Shown: positions 9,889 through 19,620, counted from the stretch's first letter. The stretch: 64,000 bases of DNA from an uncultured Candidatus Entotheonella sp. (GCA_965217185.1 OZ244252.1:2368001-2432000); one strand, 5' to 3'. Notes: generated from the sequence alone by a model not told the origin. Translations and numbers: made by a program.

Positions 9889-10945
9889 TCAAGAAGAATT
9901 CTGCTGAAGTCGACGGGTGGAGTAATCGTCGATAACGGCTGTTATTCGATTCAGGATGGAAGTGAATTTCGAGAAGTCGATTTTGGAGGCGTTCCGCTTT
10001 ACAACCTCTGTGGCGAAGACAAATTTGCCGTATTCATCGCTAGAAAGGTTTTCACCGCGGGGGTTGAATTTCTTTCCCTTTATTTCTATGCGCTGAACCC
10101 AAGGTTCAAAGAAGTCCTCAATGCGGGACTCGCCACATGCACCTTGTTCGGGGGTTTTGACGAGGTATAGATTGTCGGTCACATGGTAAAAGGATTCCGA
10201 CGACTTCTGGCAAACGGAGATTTTGTAGGTTTGTCTAAACGCACTGAAGATATTCTTGGCACCGTCGTCATTGTCAATTAGCACAATAACCGGGTGCTGC
10301 AACGGTCGATGTTTGAAGCTTCGGATGTCCCCTCTGTATCCCGGTTTTTTCTTCCCTCTATGGCCGTGCAAAAAGAAGTAGACTAGATCACCGGTCCCCC
10401 CTTCCAGGTTCACAAGACGACACGCCTGATTGTCATAACTAAAGAACGCAACTGCACTCGTGAATGTGGTGCCATTCCATGAGCCAAGTTTGGGATGGAA
10501 CTCAGGCAGCCTTGGAATCGCGGATTTCAGATAGATGTTGTCCGTTTTGCCTTCGCATACGATGAGGGGACGTTCCAGGCGTACAAAATACTTATACTTG
10601 AGGAAGCGGGCGTAGAGCTTATGGGCCGCCGTTGGCTTCCCGCCTTTTTCTTTTTCCTCCGGGTCATCTATTGAGTCCTTGACGTGATGGATATGGCTAA
10701 GCATGCCTTCGATTGGTCCGAGGGATTCTATTGGTTGCCTTCCAGGATGAATTTTGTCCGGAGGCCGTTGGTATTCGCCCGTTTCAAAGAGCTTGTGGCA
10801 CATTGCGCGAGTCCATCGGTAGTATTCCGGTCGAATGTTGACTTTGGTGTTTACGATGAGGCCAGTAACGAGCTGCCTACTCATTTTGAACTGCATGCGC
10901 GTCTTTGTAGGGTTGATGGAAAAACCCGCGCCTTCAATTGCATTA

Positions 10946-12233
10946 GGGCATCTCTAATAATACCCATCTCCCACGTGGTTTAGAATCACTGAAACACGTC
11001 AACCAACAAGGCCGGAGGAGTGCAACATGGCTCAGATGGGCTTTTTCGATATCGAGAATCGCTACGCCGCTCTGGACGCCAAAAACGATCCCCTGGTGAA
11101 GGTCAACGCTGCCGTTCCGTGGGAAGCGTTCCGCAGCCGCCTGGAGAGAGTCTGGCGCAAGCCAGCCGACAAGCGCAAGTCCAATGCGGGGTGCAAGCCG
11201 TGGGATGCCATCGTCATGTTCAAGGCCATCATTTTGTGCGCCCTCTACAATCTGTCGGACGACCAGGTCGAGTATCAGATGCGCGACCGCCTGTCCTTTG
11301 TGCGCTTCTTGGCCTTGACACTCGAAGACAAGGTGCCCGATGCCAAGACGGTGTGGCTCTACCGCGAACAGTTGTCACAGGCCGGCCTCATCGATGCCTT
11401 GTTCGAGGATTTCGACGGCTACCTGAAAAGCCAGGGCTACCAGGCGATGGGTGGCCAGATCATCGATGCTTCGATTGTCGCGGTTCCCATGCAACGCAAT
11501 CGTCGTGACGACAATGAGCAGATCAAACGGGGTGAGACACCTGAGGCCTGGGCTGACAAGCCAGCCAAGCGTCGACAAAAGGACAGGGATGCGCGCTGGA
11601 CGAAGAAGCACGGCAAGAGCCACTATGGCTACAAGAATCACGTCACCATCGACCGTCGGCACAAGCTGATACGGCGTTACCGGGTGACGGATGCGGCGGT
11701 GCACGACAGCCAAGTGATTGAGGAGTTGCTTACGTCGGACAACACGGCAAGCGGTGTCTGGGCGGACAGCGCCTAGCGGTCGAAAGCCATTGAAGCGACG
11801 CTGAAGGCCAGGGGTTTGAGGAGTCGGATTCATCGCAAGGGCTATCGCAACCGTCCGTTGCGTGATTGGGAGAAAGCAGGCAACCAGAGCCGTTCACGGT
11901 TTCGAGCACGGGTAGAGCATGTCTTCGGGGCGCAGCAAAACGACATGGGCGGGACGTTGGTTCGCAGCATCGGGCTTGTACGGGCGAGGGCGCGGATTAG
12001 GTCTTAAGAACCTTGCCTACAACATGCGTCGCCTGATTCAATTACAACGCCTTGCGAGCGCCAGTTGAGCGCCAACGGTGCGGAAGGGTGCACCGAAGGC
12101 CCTCATTGGAAGGCGAATCCTCCTTGCTGGGAGGCAGTCCCCCTGGACAGCCGAGTTCATTTTCTCACCGACATGCCAGCGAATTGCACTCTCGCCATCT
12201 ATGACTATCCACGAGGCATTTTTCGAGATGCCC
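10946..12233 (+). mobile_element. IS5-family insertion sequence (about 1288 bp)
   Basis: Ends GGGCATCTC / GAGATGCCC; flanking duplication ATTA (or CATTAG if the ends are taken 1 bp shorter); contains a DDE transposase. Confidence 0.92.
11027..12068 (+). pseudogene. IS5-family transposase with an in-frame amber stop and a late frameshift
   Basis: LYNLSDDQVE, IIDASIV, YGYKNH; WADSA*RS (TAG at 11774-11776 where Tyr is expected); RARVEHVF; +1 shift near 11999 before GLKNLAYNMRRL*. Confidence 0.85.
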
Positions 12234-12957
12234 ATTAGTTAGGTCTCTGCCGACTTTCCATAACGTGCCCGGTATCATCGGTTCGGCGATGGAGGCTGGG
12301 AATGTTCGCTGGTTTGTCGAAAAGGTTAGGTCATCGGCATAACGGGAATAGAAAAGTCGGTTTCGCTTTGCAAGTCGAACAAGACGAATATCCAAGATGC
12401 GCGCAATCAGTTCGGCAATGACCGGCGAACAAGGGCTGCCCTGTGGTAGCGCGTTTTCAAAACAGGCAATTTGTGCAACGACCGTGGCAACTTTGTCGTT
12501 TAATTTGAAATTGCTGTCTTGGATGAAAAATCCCCTAACACGTCCGAAATTGAATGTGGGAAAGAAATCCTGGAGGTCGATATTCAAAACATATCGACGG
12601 TTCTTATGAAGTTTCGCGTTTGTGATGATGGAATGACGTTCTCGGAATCCATGTGATATTGACTGGAGATGTTTGGAACGGTTTTTTCGTTCAATTTCAC
12701 CTATGCAGGCATATAGGATGTTTGCCAAGCGTCGCTGTACGCTTTTCAACTGCTCACAAGGGGCGCATATTCGCCGCTCTCCGCCGCTCTTTTTCGGAAT
12801 GGCAAATTCCTTATATTTTTGGTCTACCGGTATCGCATAGGCAATGTAAGAAAGTCCGCTAGGCTTGTATCCCAAGATACTTGCAAGGTCAGCCAGAGAC
12901 TTGGCGTTCTGCAGATCTGTAAGGCGGGACAAAACGTGTTAATCCTCCAAGGTTCGT

Positions 12958-13135
12958 GGCTTACAGGCACTCCTTTGCGTGAAACCAAGCCATTAGCCCA
13001 ATGCTACTAAGCTTATAGTGCCATTATCTCTCCACTGGAGAAATATAAGCACAAAGGAAGTCAGTGCAGCGTTTATCCCCGCCTGACGTTGTCTTCACAT
13101 ATCGCGAAACGCGATAACAAATCTGCCTGTAAGCC
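12958..13135 (-). ncRNA. Retron msr-msd non-coding RNA
   Basis: Perfect 12-bp a1/a2 inverted repeat GGCTTACAGGCA (12958-12969) / TGCCTGTAAGCC (13124-13135) just upstream of the RT; candidate branching G at 13123; internal hairpins TATCGCG-TTT-CGCGATA and TCTCCA-G-TGGAGA. Confidence 0.85.
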
Positions 13136-13396
13136 GACTCATTGCTAGCAAATCTTTTGGCTACCCGCAAGTGTTAATCCGCTTAAACTTGGTTGGACAG
13201 CAGACCACCCGGCCGGGGCCGCAGGACTGTCGTGGTTGCCGCCCAGTTCATGCGGGTGACGGTACCCATGCGGATGGGATGGCACGACATGGAAATGACA
13301 GCTTATGCCCCCCACCGGAGCGTGTCGGCCGTTCGATTTGACCGGAAGATTAAATCACCAGGGAATGGCGAGAGGTTGAGGCACAGGGTAGCCGGT

Positions 13397-15253
13397 TTAC
13401 CCGCCCGCCGTCGCAGCCAACCCGTATTCCTCAATCTGCTCGTCGAAAGCCTCGAACACCTGCTGCCGAAGGTCGTGCATGAACTCGGGCGTCACGAAGT
13501 GGGGCAGTTGCACGTGCGGGTTGTTCTGATAGGAGCGGGCGGGGAGGACGTAGTCGTCCAGGGTGGCGCCTTGTTTGCGTTCCAAAAGCAGGCCGCGCAG
13601 GTAGGTGCGCTGGGTGGCGTGCATGAGGTCGGCGGTGGTCACCTCGACGCCGAACAGGCTGCGGAAGGACGGCTCGATGACGGCATCCGGGGTGCCGGCG
13701 AATTTGCACAGGCCCAGAAGGTCGTCGCGCGTGTAGTAAATGCCCTTGTTGACGATGGCGTCCACCCAGTAGTCAAGCTCGGTTCGGCCCTCGAAGACGA
13801 GCAGCAGGAAGGTGCGCATCGACATGTGGCCGCCGGCGATGGCGAACGGGTAGCCGGGGTTGGTTTCCGGCAGGTAGGCGGGCAGTTCCAGGCCCTTGCA
13901 GTGCATGGCGTAGTCGGTTTCGCCGAGGGCTTCCGAGAGGCGTTTGACGCCCATGCCGATGTCCGGGCAATCGCCGGCCGCGGCCTGGCGGATGATCTCG
14001 CAGGTGGCGTCGAAATCGCCGAAGCTCAGGCCGCCGAGAACGGGCTGCTCGGGGTGTTGGCGGTTGTAGTCCATGGCATAGCCGAGCGTCACGCCGAGGC
14101 TGATGGAGTCGAAGCCCAGTTGGTCGACCAGTTCGACGATATCCAGCGCCTGCTGTTGATCGTAGATGCCGAGGTTGATGGTCATCAGGTCGAGCGGCTC
14201 GTAATCGAACTTGGCGTAGAACTTGCCGGCCTTGCGGCGGCCGTCGGACTCGTCGACGTCATAGATGTTCTTGTGGCAGGCGATGCCGCACTGGAAGCAC
14301 GACTCGTCCTTGATAAGGTACGGCTCCTCCATGGAACTGCGGTACAGGCTGGACGGCGAGTCGTCGCCCTGCGGCCAGAAATTGGTTTCCGGCAGCGCGC
14401 CCATAGGGTGCAGGCCGGCAACGTTGCGCCAGGTGCCGCCGGCGCCGTTGGCCTTTTTGGCGTCACGATAGTTGCGCGAGCCCTCGCCGCGGCTGATTTC
14501 CTTGTTGGCTTCCCGCACCTCGGCAGACAGCTTGCCGCGTTTCAGGTCGGGCGCCTGGGCGACCACGGCCAGCAGGTTCTTGGAGCCCATGACGCTGCCC
14601 ATGCCGCCGCGCCCGGCGAACCTCGGCTTGCACTGCCGCGATTGCAACTGGTTGACCGTGCTGCAGGCGATGGCCGCATAGGCGTTGTGCTGCCAGTTCT
14701 CGCCCGCCGGTCCGAGCGCCGCCACATGCGAATCCGCATGGCGGTCGGCGAGTTGCATGATCTTGTCGTGCGTCGTTTGCCCCACGAGGTCGCCGGCGTC
14801 TTCCAGCGACAAGCTCAGGTTGCCGTCGTCGTTGCGGATCAGCAGGTAGACCGGACGCGCCGCCCGCCCGACGAATACCACCTCGTCCACGCCGCCGGCG
14901 AGCATCTTGGTGCCGAATTTGCCGGACGCCGTCGACCACATGGCGAGCGGTTGGCCGTTGTTGGCGGCCTTGAGCGGACTGTAGGCGGAGAAGAACACGC
15001 GTAGGCCGGTCATGAGTTCGGTGCCGGAGAAGACGCCGAGGTTCATGATCAGCGGCGCCGCGGGGGCATAGGCATCGCTCACGTCGTGCTCAGCCAAGGA
15101 TTTGAAGGCGCGCCCGATGCCGCCGAGGAAGTCTTCCATGTCGGCGCAAGCGACTTCCTCTTGCTCGATTCGCGCCTCTCCGAGATCAATGCGCACGCGC
15201 CGAAAACGGTAGTCCGTAAGCTGTTTGGGGTCGCTGGTGACTGAAGTTCGCAT
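13397..15253 (-). CDS. Aldehyde:ferredoxin oxidoreductase family (W/Mo-pterin) protein
   Basis: AALGPAGEN, RFAGRGGMGSVMGSKNL, CFQCGIAC, DQLGFDSIS, LGLCKF. Confidence 0.9.
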   Translation of the reverse strand: MRTSVTSDPKQLTDYRFRRVRIDLGEARIEQEEVACADMEDFLGGIGRAFKSLAEHDVSDAYAPAAPLIMNLGVFSGTELMTGLRVFFSAYSPLKAANNGQPLAMWSTASGKFGTKMLAGGVDEVVFVGRAARPVYLLIRNDDGNLSLSLEDAGDLVGQTTHDKIMQLADRHADSHVAALGPAGENWQHNAYAAIACSTVNQLQSRQCKPRFAGRGGMGSVMGSKNLLAVVAQAPDLKRGKLSAEVREANKEISRGEGSRNYRDAKKANGAGGTWRNVAGLHPMGALPETNFWPQGDDSPSSLYRSSMEEPYLIKDESCFQCGIACHKNIYDVDESDGRRKAGKFYAKFDYEPLDLMTINLGIYDQQQALDIVELVDQLGFDSISLGVTLGYAMDYNRQHPEQPVLGGLSFGDFDATCEIIRQAAAGDCPDIGMGVKRLSEALGETDYAMHCKGLELPAYLPETNPGYPFAIAGGHMSMRTFLLLVFEGRTELDYWVDAIVNKGIYYTRDDLLGLCKFAGTPDAVIEPSFRSLFGVEVTTADLMHATQRTYLRGLLLERKQGATLDDYVLPARSYQNNPHVQLPHFVTPEFMHDLRQQVFEAFDEQIEEYGLAATAGG

Positions 15254-15408
15254 CGTATATGATTCTCCCTGAAATACGTGAGCGGATGACATGGCGGGAC
15301 CCGCTTGCCCGCCGCCTCATTTTTGTACGCTTTCCTGCCGCTCTCGTCAAACCGCGTCGCGTGCCGCCCTGCGACATTGCCAGAATCAGAGTAAGGAGAA
15401 CCGAACCG

Positions 15409-16200
15409 ATGCGCGAGAACACACTGAAAGCGATCTGGGCGCGCGGCGATGCCGTCGTCAACGGCTGGCTGTCGATCCCCAGCGCTTTCTCCGCCGAGAT
15501 CATGGCCCACCAGGGGTTCGATTCGCTGACGGTCGACATGCAGCACGGCGTCGTCGACTACCAGACCGCCGTCACCATGCTGCAGGCGGTGTCCACCACC
15601 AGCACCATTCCCCTGGCGCGTGTGGCCTGGAACGATCCGGCGCTGCTGATGAAAATCCTCGATGCCGGCGTGCTCGGCGTGATCTGCCCGATGATCAGCA
15701 CCGTTGAGCAGGCCGAGGCCATGGTGAAAGCCTGCAAGTACCCGCCGCAGGGCTATCGCAGTTGGGGGCCGGTGCGTGCCTCTATCTACGCGGGGGCGGA
15801 TTACGGCGACCACGCCAACGACGACGTGCTGGTCATGCCGATGATCGAGACCGCCGAAGCGCTCGAAAACCTCGACGCCATCCTGCAGGTGCCCGGCATC
15901 GACGCGGTGTACGTTGGCCCCTCGGACCTGAGCCTGGCGCTGGGCTACAAGCCGCGCCTGGATCAGGACGAGCCTGCGGTGGTGGACGCGCTGCGGCGCA
16001 TCGTTTCCACCTGCAAGAAGTACGGCATCATCGCCGGCCTGCACAACAACACGCCGCAATACGCCCTCAAGATGATCGAGGAGGGCTACCAGTTCGTCAC
16101 CATCGCGTCGGAGAGCCGCTTCATGGCGGCCAAGGCGGCCGAGGAAGTCGCCGTCATGCGGCAGGGCAACGTGAAGGCCGGCACCATTCCGGCCTACTGA
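15409..16200 (+). CDS. HpcH/HpaI aldolase family protein
   Basis: GFDSLTVDMQHG, MPMIET, YVGPSDL; AAGGAG RBS before ATG 15409. Confidence 0.9.
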   Translation: MRENTLKAIWARGDAVVNGWLSIPSAFSAEIMAHQGFDSLTVDMQHGVVDYQTAVTMLQAVSTTSTIPLARVAWNDPALLMKILDAGVLGVICPMISTVEQAEAMVKACKYPPQGYRSWGPVRASIYAGADYGDHANDDVLVMPMIETAEALENLDAILQVPGIDAVYVGPSDLSLALGYKPRLDQDEPAVVDALRRIVSTCKKYGIIAGLHNNTPQYALKMIEEGYQFVTIASESRFMAAKAAEEVAVMRQGNVKAGTIPAY

Positions 16201-16266
16201 GGCCCGCCGCTCCCCCGTCGCAGCCCTGTGAGGCGTGGTGCAAATGACAATCGCCCGGCGGCAATT

Positions 16267-16304
16267 CCCTCACCCCGACCCTCTCCCGCCAAGGGAGAGG
16301 GGGG
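16267..16304. repeat. Palindromic repeat family B copy
   Basis: CCCTCACCCCGACCCTCTCCC-GCCAA-GGGAGAGGG, intergenic. Confidence 0.8.
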
Positions 16305-16360
16305 AAAAGACCTTTTCAAGGCATTTTGAGTGGCATTAAATTTCCGTAAGGAGGCACGCC

Positions 16361-17473
16361 ATGCACGTGGGTTATGCACCGCTTTTCCAGAATCCCGGCA
16401 ACGCCCTGTCGGACGCCGAGGTCTACGCCCAAGAACTGCGGCTCGCCGAAATGGCCGAGCCCCTCGGGTTCGACTCGGTGTGGTCGGTGGAGCACCATTT
16501 CACCGATTACACCATGTGCCCCGACGTGCTGCAGTTTCTCTCCTACATGGCCGGCAAGACGCAGCGCGTCAAGCTAGGCTCAATGGTCGTGGTGCTGCCG
16601 TGGCACGATCCGGTGCGGGTGGCCGAGCAGATCGTGATGCTCGACCACCTGTCGGGCGGGCGCGTCATCCTGGGCCTTGGCCGCGGCCTGGCGCGGGTGG
16701 AGTACGAAGGGTTTCGCATCGACCAGAACGAGGGCCGACAGCGCTTCGTGGAATACGCCGAGCTGGTGCTGCAGGGGTTGGAACGGGGCTACATCGAAGG
16801 CGGCGAAACGCTGCAACAGCCGCGCCGCGATTTACGCCCGTATCCCATGCGTTCCTTCCGCGGCCGCACCTTCGCGGCGGCGGTGTCGCCGGAGTCCATG
16901 CCCATCATGGCGCGCCTCGGCGTCGGCCTGCTGGTGATTCCGCAGAAGCCGTGGGACGTCGTCGAGCAGGATTTCGCCGTCTACACTCAGGTCTACCGCG
17001 AGGAGAACGGCTGCGAGCCGCCGCAACCCTTCTGCGGCGGGTTTTTCTTCGTCGATGAGAACGCCGACCGCGCCGAGGAGTTGGCCCACAAATACATCGG
17101 CGGCTACTACCACACCGTCATGCGGCACTACGAAATGACCGCCGAGCACTTCGGCACCCACAAGGGCTACGAGTTCTACCGCAACGTCGGCAGCTACATC
17201 GGGCGCCACGGCATGGACAGCGCGGCGCGCGACTTCACCAAGCTGATGCCCTGGGGCACGCCGCAACAGGTGCTCGACAAGCTGGCGCTCATCCGCGACA
17301 AGATCGACATGAACGGCATCATGTGCCACTTCGGCTTTGCCGGCATGCCTTACGATGAGGCCGAGCGCAACATGAAATGCTTTGTCCGGCACGTGTTGCC
17401 GGAATTGAAGTCGTGGTCGACCACGCCCCTGAGCGAGCCCGCCCTGCTCGCCGGTGCGGCGCCGGCAGCCTGA
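16361..17473 (+). CDS. LLM-class (luciferase-like) flavin-dependent oxidoreductase
   Basis: AEPLGFDSVWSVEHHF, PVRVAEQIVMLDHLSGGRVILGLGRG. Confidence 0.9.
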   Translation: MHVGYAPLFQNPGNALSDAEVYAQELRLAEMAEPLGFDSVWSVEHHFTDYTMCPDVLQFLSYMAGKTQRVKLGSMVVVLPWHDPVRVAEQIVMLDHLSGGRVILGLGRGLARVEYEGFRIDQNEGRQRFVEYAELVLQGLERGYIEGGETLQQPRRDLRPYPMRSFRGRTFAAAVSPESMPIMARLGVGLLVIPQKPWDVVEQDFAVYTQVYREENGCEPPQPFCGGFFFVDENADRAEELAHKYIGGYYHTVMRHYEMTAEHFGTHKGYEFYRNVGSYIGRHGMDSAARDFTKLMPWGTPQQVLDKLALIRDKIDMNGIMCHFGFAGMPYDEAERNMKCFVRHVLPELKSWSTTPLSEPALLAGAAPAA

Positions 17474-17507
17474 GGCGCCTGACATTGGCAAAGGAGTTGA
17501 ACGAGAG

Positions 17508-18389
17508 ATGAATACGCTTTTCGAATCCGATCTACGCTCCCTGAAACGCCTGCGTCAGGGCAAGGTGCGCGACATTTATGAGGTCGATGACGAGAATCTG
17601 CTCATCGTGGCGTCCGACCGTCTGTCGGCGTTTGACGTCGTGCTGCCGACGCCCATCCCCGACAAGGGCGGCATCCTGACGCGCATGTCGAACTTCTGGT
17701 TCGCGCGCACCGCGTCCGTCGTGCCCAATCATCTGAGCGACCGGCGGGTGGATGAGGTGCTGAGCGCCGAGGAGGTTGCGCAGGTGGGCGACCGCGCCGT
17801 GGTGGTTCGGCGGCTCCAGCCGTTGCCGGTGGAGGCCATTGTGCGCGGCTACATAACGGGGTCGGCGTGGTCCGAATACAAACGGCAGGGCACGGTGTGC
17901 GGCCTGCCGCTACCGGCCGGGCTGCAGGAGTCGGAGCAGTTCCCGGAACCGATCTTCACGCCGTCGACGAAGGCGCCGGAGGGGGAGCACGACCTCAACA
18001 TTTCGTTCGACGAGATGTGCAAGGTGCTGGGTGGGGATACACGGCTGGCCGAGCGCATTCGGGACACCAGCCTGCGGGTCTATCAAGAGGCCGCGGCCTG
18101 CGCGCTGGAACGCGGCATTATCATCGCTGACACCAAGTTCGAGCTGGCCCTGATGGACGACGAGTTGTATCTGATCGACGAAATCCTGACACCGGATTCG
18201 TCGCGTTTCTGGCCGCTGGAACAATACGAGGCGGGACGCGGGCAGCCAAGCTTCGACAAGCAGTACGTGCGCGATTACCTCAGCAGCACTGGCTGGAACA
18301 AAACCCCGCCAGCACCTGAACTGCCCGCCGAGATCGTGACGCAGACCGCCGAGAAGTACCGCGACGCCCTGCGCCTGCTGACGGCGTAG
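17508..18389 (+). CDS. purC: SAICAR synthetase
   Basis: GKVRDIY, SDRLSAFD, PVEAIVRGY, IADTKFE, DEILTPDSSRFW, DKQYVRD. Confidence 0.96.
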   Translation: MNTLFESDLRSLKRLRQGKVRDIYEVDDENLLIVASDRLSAFDVVLPTPIPDKGGILTRMSNFWFARTASVVPNHLSDRRVDEVLSAEEVAQVGDRAVVVRRLQPLPVEAIVRGYITGSAWSEYKRQGTVCGLPLPAGLQESEQFPEPIFTPSTKAPEGEHDLNISFDEMCKVLGGDTRLAERIRDTSLRVYQEAAACALERGIIIADTKFELALMDDELYLIDEILTPDSSRFWPLEQYEAGRGQPSFDKQYVRDYLSSTGWNKTPPAPELPAEIVTQTAEKYRDALRLLTA

Positions 18390-18412
18390 GGTTTCTATCC
18401 CGAGGTTACGTC

Positions 18413-18625
18413 GTGACCGAAATCATCTTCGAAGTCACCGAGGACGAAGTGGACGGGGGCTATTCGGCCAGTGCGCTGGGCTACGGGATCCACACCAAGG
18501 GCGAATCGCTGGAAGAAATCCGCCGCAACGTCAAGGAAGCCGTTGACTGCTACTTCGACGAAACCATGGACCGACCCCAGTTGATCCGCCTGCATTTCGT
18601 GCGTGACGAAATCCTGATGGCATGA
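18413..18625 (+). CDS. HicB-like antitoxin
   Basis: EDEVDGGYSASALGYGIHTKGESLEEIRRNVKEAV; ATGA overlap with a hicA-like remnant. Confidence 0.8.
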   Translation: MTEIIFEVTEDEVDGGYSASALGYGIHTKGESLEEIRRNVKEAVDCYFDETMDRPQLIRLHFVRDEILMA

Positions 18626-18710
18626 AGCTGCCCCGCAACGTGAGCGGCGCCAGCCTGCAGGCTTCACTTTGACGGCTGCGCTACGAGGCGGTGCGACAAC
18701 GGGGCTGTTC
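18622..18710 (+). pseudogene. HicA-like toxin remnant
   Basis: MKLPRNVSGASLQASL*RLRYEAVRQRG: premature TGA, and the sequence diverges before the expected catalytic GSH motif. Confidence 0.7.
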
Positions 18711-18778
18711 AGGCATCTCGGTTCTCCTCTTTGACTAACTCTATACGACGGCTAGCATGAGGCAGTGTACGTCTCAGC

Positions 18779-18841
18779 GCATAACGACCAAGCTCAGCGG
18801 CGCGGCTGCTTGTCCGCGTCCGCTGAAGCGTCCTGTTGTGC
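18779..18841 (-). other. Integron attC recombination site
   Basis: Minus strand GCACAAC-N5-GCTTCAGCGG...CCGCTGAGC-N6-GTTATGC: R''/L''/L'/R' boxes with the extra base in L''. Confidence 0.8.
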
Positions 18842-19072
18842 GATGCGACACTTTTCGTATACAAACTCGGGATCAAGGTCAGCACCCGATTCCCATGCAA
18901 TTGCGTCAAAAGACACATGCGCGGTCTTGAAGATATCCGGATCTTTGATTTTCTTGAAAACTCCGAAACTCAGATAGGGTTTCATATCTAATGATCCATT
19001 CTCCCCATTGTCGAAGGATACTGACAAGATATAATCATCTTCGCACTCCACAGATGTCACGGCAGGGTGCAT
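18794..19072 (-). CDS. DUF2442-family protein (putative antitoxin), cassette gene
   Basis: DYILSVSFDNGENGSLDMKPYL...IAWESGADLDPEFVYE; ends inside the attC. Confidence 0.85.
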   Translation of the reverse strand: MHPAVTSVECEDDYILSVSFDNGENGSLDMKPYLSFGVFKKIKDPDIFKTAHVSFDAIAWESGADLDPEFVYEKCRIAQQDASADADKQPRR

Positions 19073-19082
19073 CGAATTGTCC

Positions 19083-19349
19083 TCATTGTAGGGGTTGAAT
19101 CTTAAACGGTTCTTCACCATTCATGACGAGTTCCCAGTTTGCCATAAGATCTTCTTGGTGAAGCTCGGCCCACGCCAAAACCAACTTGGTCTGCTTTTTA
19201 GGCAGCTTGCCGTCAATAATCTCGCAAGTGCCAATATCAACCCTTGCCCTATATTCAGCATAATAAACGTGAAAGTGAGGCGGTGGGTGCTCGCCGGGAG
19301 CAAAATACATCCTGACGATGATGCCATAGAACATTGATATAGTGGGCAC
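19083..19349 (-). CDS. DUF4160-family protein (putative toxin), cassette gene
   Basis: MPTISMFYGIIVRMY...EHPPPHFHVYY...WAELHQEDLMANW. Confidence 0.88.
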   Translation of the reverse strand: MPTISMFYGIIVRMYFAPGEHPPPHFHVYYAEYRARVDIGTCEIIDGKLPKKQTKLVLAWAELHQEDLMANWELVMNGEEPFKIQPLQ

Positions 19350-19383
19350 TACGGAATTCTCACTTAGTCAATGAGCTTCTTCC

Positions 19384-19455
19384 GCCAAACGACCAAGCTC
19401 AGCCGCGGACACACCGCGTAGCGGGTTGGCCGTTGGCTGCAGCGCCGTGTTATGC
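19384..19455 (-). other. Integron attC recombination site
   Basis: Minus strand GCATAAC-N5-GCTGCAGC...GCTGAGC-N6-GTTTGGC; shares GCTGAGCTTGGTCGTT with the first site. Confidence 0.8.
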
Positions 19456-19620
19456 CGCGGAAGGTTTGACACGCTTCGATGGGCGAGTGATCGGCTTTTG
19501 GCCACTCGCTTTCTGCTGCCGCCTCAACGCCTCCCCGATGGCCTTGATGTCATAGTTGAAGCGTCGAGCAAGCTCTTCGCGCCTGCTCCGGGTTTCTTCG
19601 ACGATTGGGTCTTTCCACAT
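19450..19620 (-). CDS. Small hypothetical protein (56 aa), probable cassette gene
   Basis: Not in the ORF track: MWKDPIVEETRSRREELARRFNYDIKAIGEALRRQQKASGQKPITRPSKRVKPSAA*. RBS upstream; the TAA stop lies in the GCATAAC R'' box. Confidence 0.7.
   Translation of the reverse strand: MWKDPIVEETRSRREELARRFNYDIKAIGEALRRQQKASGQKPITRPSKRVKPSAA

Larger units (their letters stand above)
9889..12932 (-). pseudogene. Retron Ec67 (Eco2)-family reverse transcriptase-TOPRIM fusion, interrupted by an IS
   Basis: 5' part: IPKKSGGER, NAKLH (retron NAxxH), IDLQDFF, LPQGSPCSP, YSRYADD. 3' part: VTGL (retron VTG), IVCEGKTD, LIDNDDG (TOPRIM). Removing the IS plus one TSD gives 1752 bp (583 aa) reading ...RDLTN|AIEGAGFSINPTKTRMQF... 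Confidence 0.93.

Noticed and set aside
9889..12932. RT as a group II intron or DGR RT (with RTX duplicates as TR/VR)
   Set aside because: It has retron NAxxH and VTG motifs, a TOPRIM fusion and a1/a2 repeats; differences between duplicates are not adenine-specific.
13142..13171. Retron promoter TTGCGG-17-TAGCAA
   Set aside because: Plausibly placed, but the -10 match is too weak to list as a feature.
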